Source: Sminthopsis crassicaudata
Taxonomy: Eukaryota
Length of the DNA: 64,000 nucleotides
Direction: 5' to 3'
Assembly (NCBI RefSeq): GCF_048593235.1
Contig: NC_133619.1
Coordinates: 40,252,454-40,316,453, forward strand
Part shown: one piece after another, positions 63,853-64,000 of the stretch
How positions within the stretch are numbered: the first letter of the stretch is position 1
Layout of the letters: each line of letters starts with the position of its first letter
Program-made: the position numbers and the translations under genes
The notes under the pieces: generated by a model
Database searches by the model: none
Seen by the model: the letters and a program-made list of their open reading frames with translations, nothing else
Told to the model about the DNA's origin: nothing

Positions 63853-64000
63853 TTGACAATCTTATTGTAAAGATAAATAGCTCTGAAAGACAAGACCTAC
63901 CTCCTGAAAAAGAGATGATGGACAAAAGATACAGGAGATGTCCATTTTTGGACATGAACAACTTTGAGAATTTGTTTTGCTTGCCTGTCATATTTGTCAT

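Noticed and set aside
63564-64000. His/Pro/Ser/Ile-rich ORFs on the - strand
   Set aside because: Translations of the (GATG)n/(GATA)n microsatellite.

Overview
Mammalian genomic DNA, almost certainly marsupial and probably Australian, judged from WSINE1/MAR1-type SINEs, an RTE fragment and marsupial-type L1. The gene core is B3GNT5 (lactotriaosylceramide synthase, + strand): an intact single-exon CDS at 30175-31320, a probable non-coding first exon in the CpG island near 7 kb, and a 3'UTR of about 2.3 kb. B3GNT5 is nested antisense in an intron of MCF2L2; two MCF2L2 coding exons were found by hand on the - strand (58922-59025 and 39578-39666). The rest is intronic and rich in transposons: the 5' end of a young, probably full-length L1 (1-1944), a HERV-I-like ERV pol/env relic cut by L1s (1945-4368), and a heavily deleted gammaretrovirus-like provirus with a tRNA-Gln PBS and mismatched LTRs (24231-28102). 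There are also many old L1/L2/MIR/RTE/hAT fragments, microsatellites and one N gap. I did not find a convincing wholly new biological system. The best leads are the ERV structures, the uORF/G4-containing B3GNT5 leader, a 4x35-bp RFX-like minisatellite and a possible truncated MCF2L2 isoform. All homology calls come from recalled family motifs; no database search was run.
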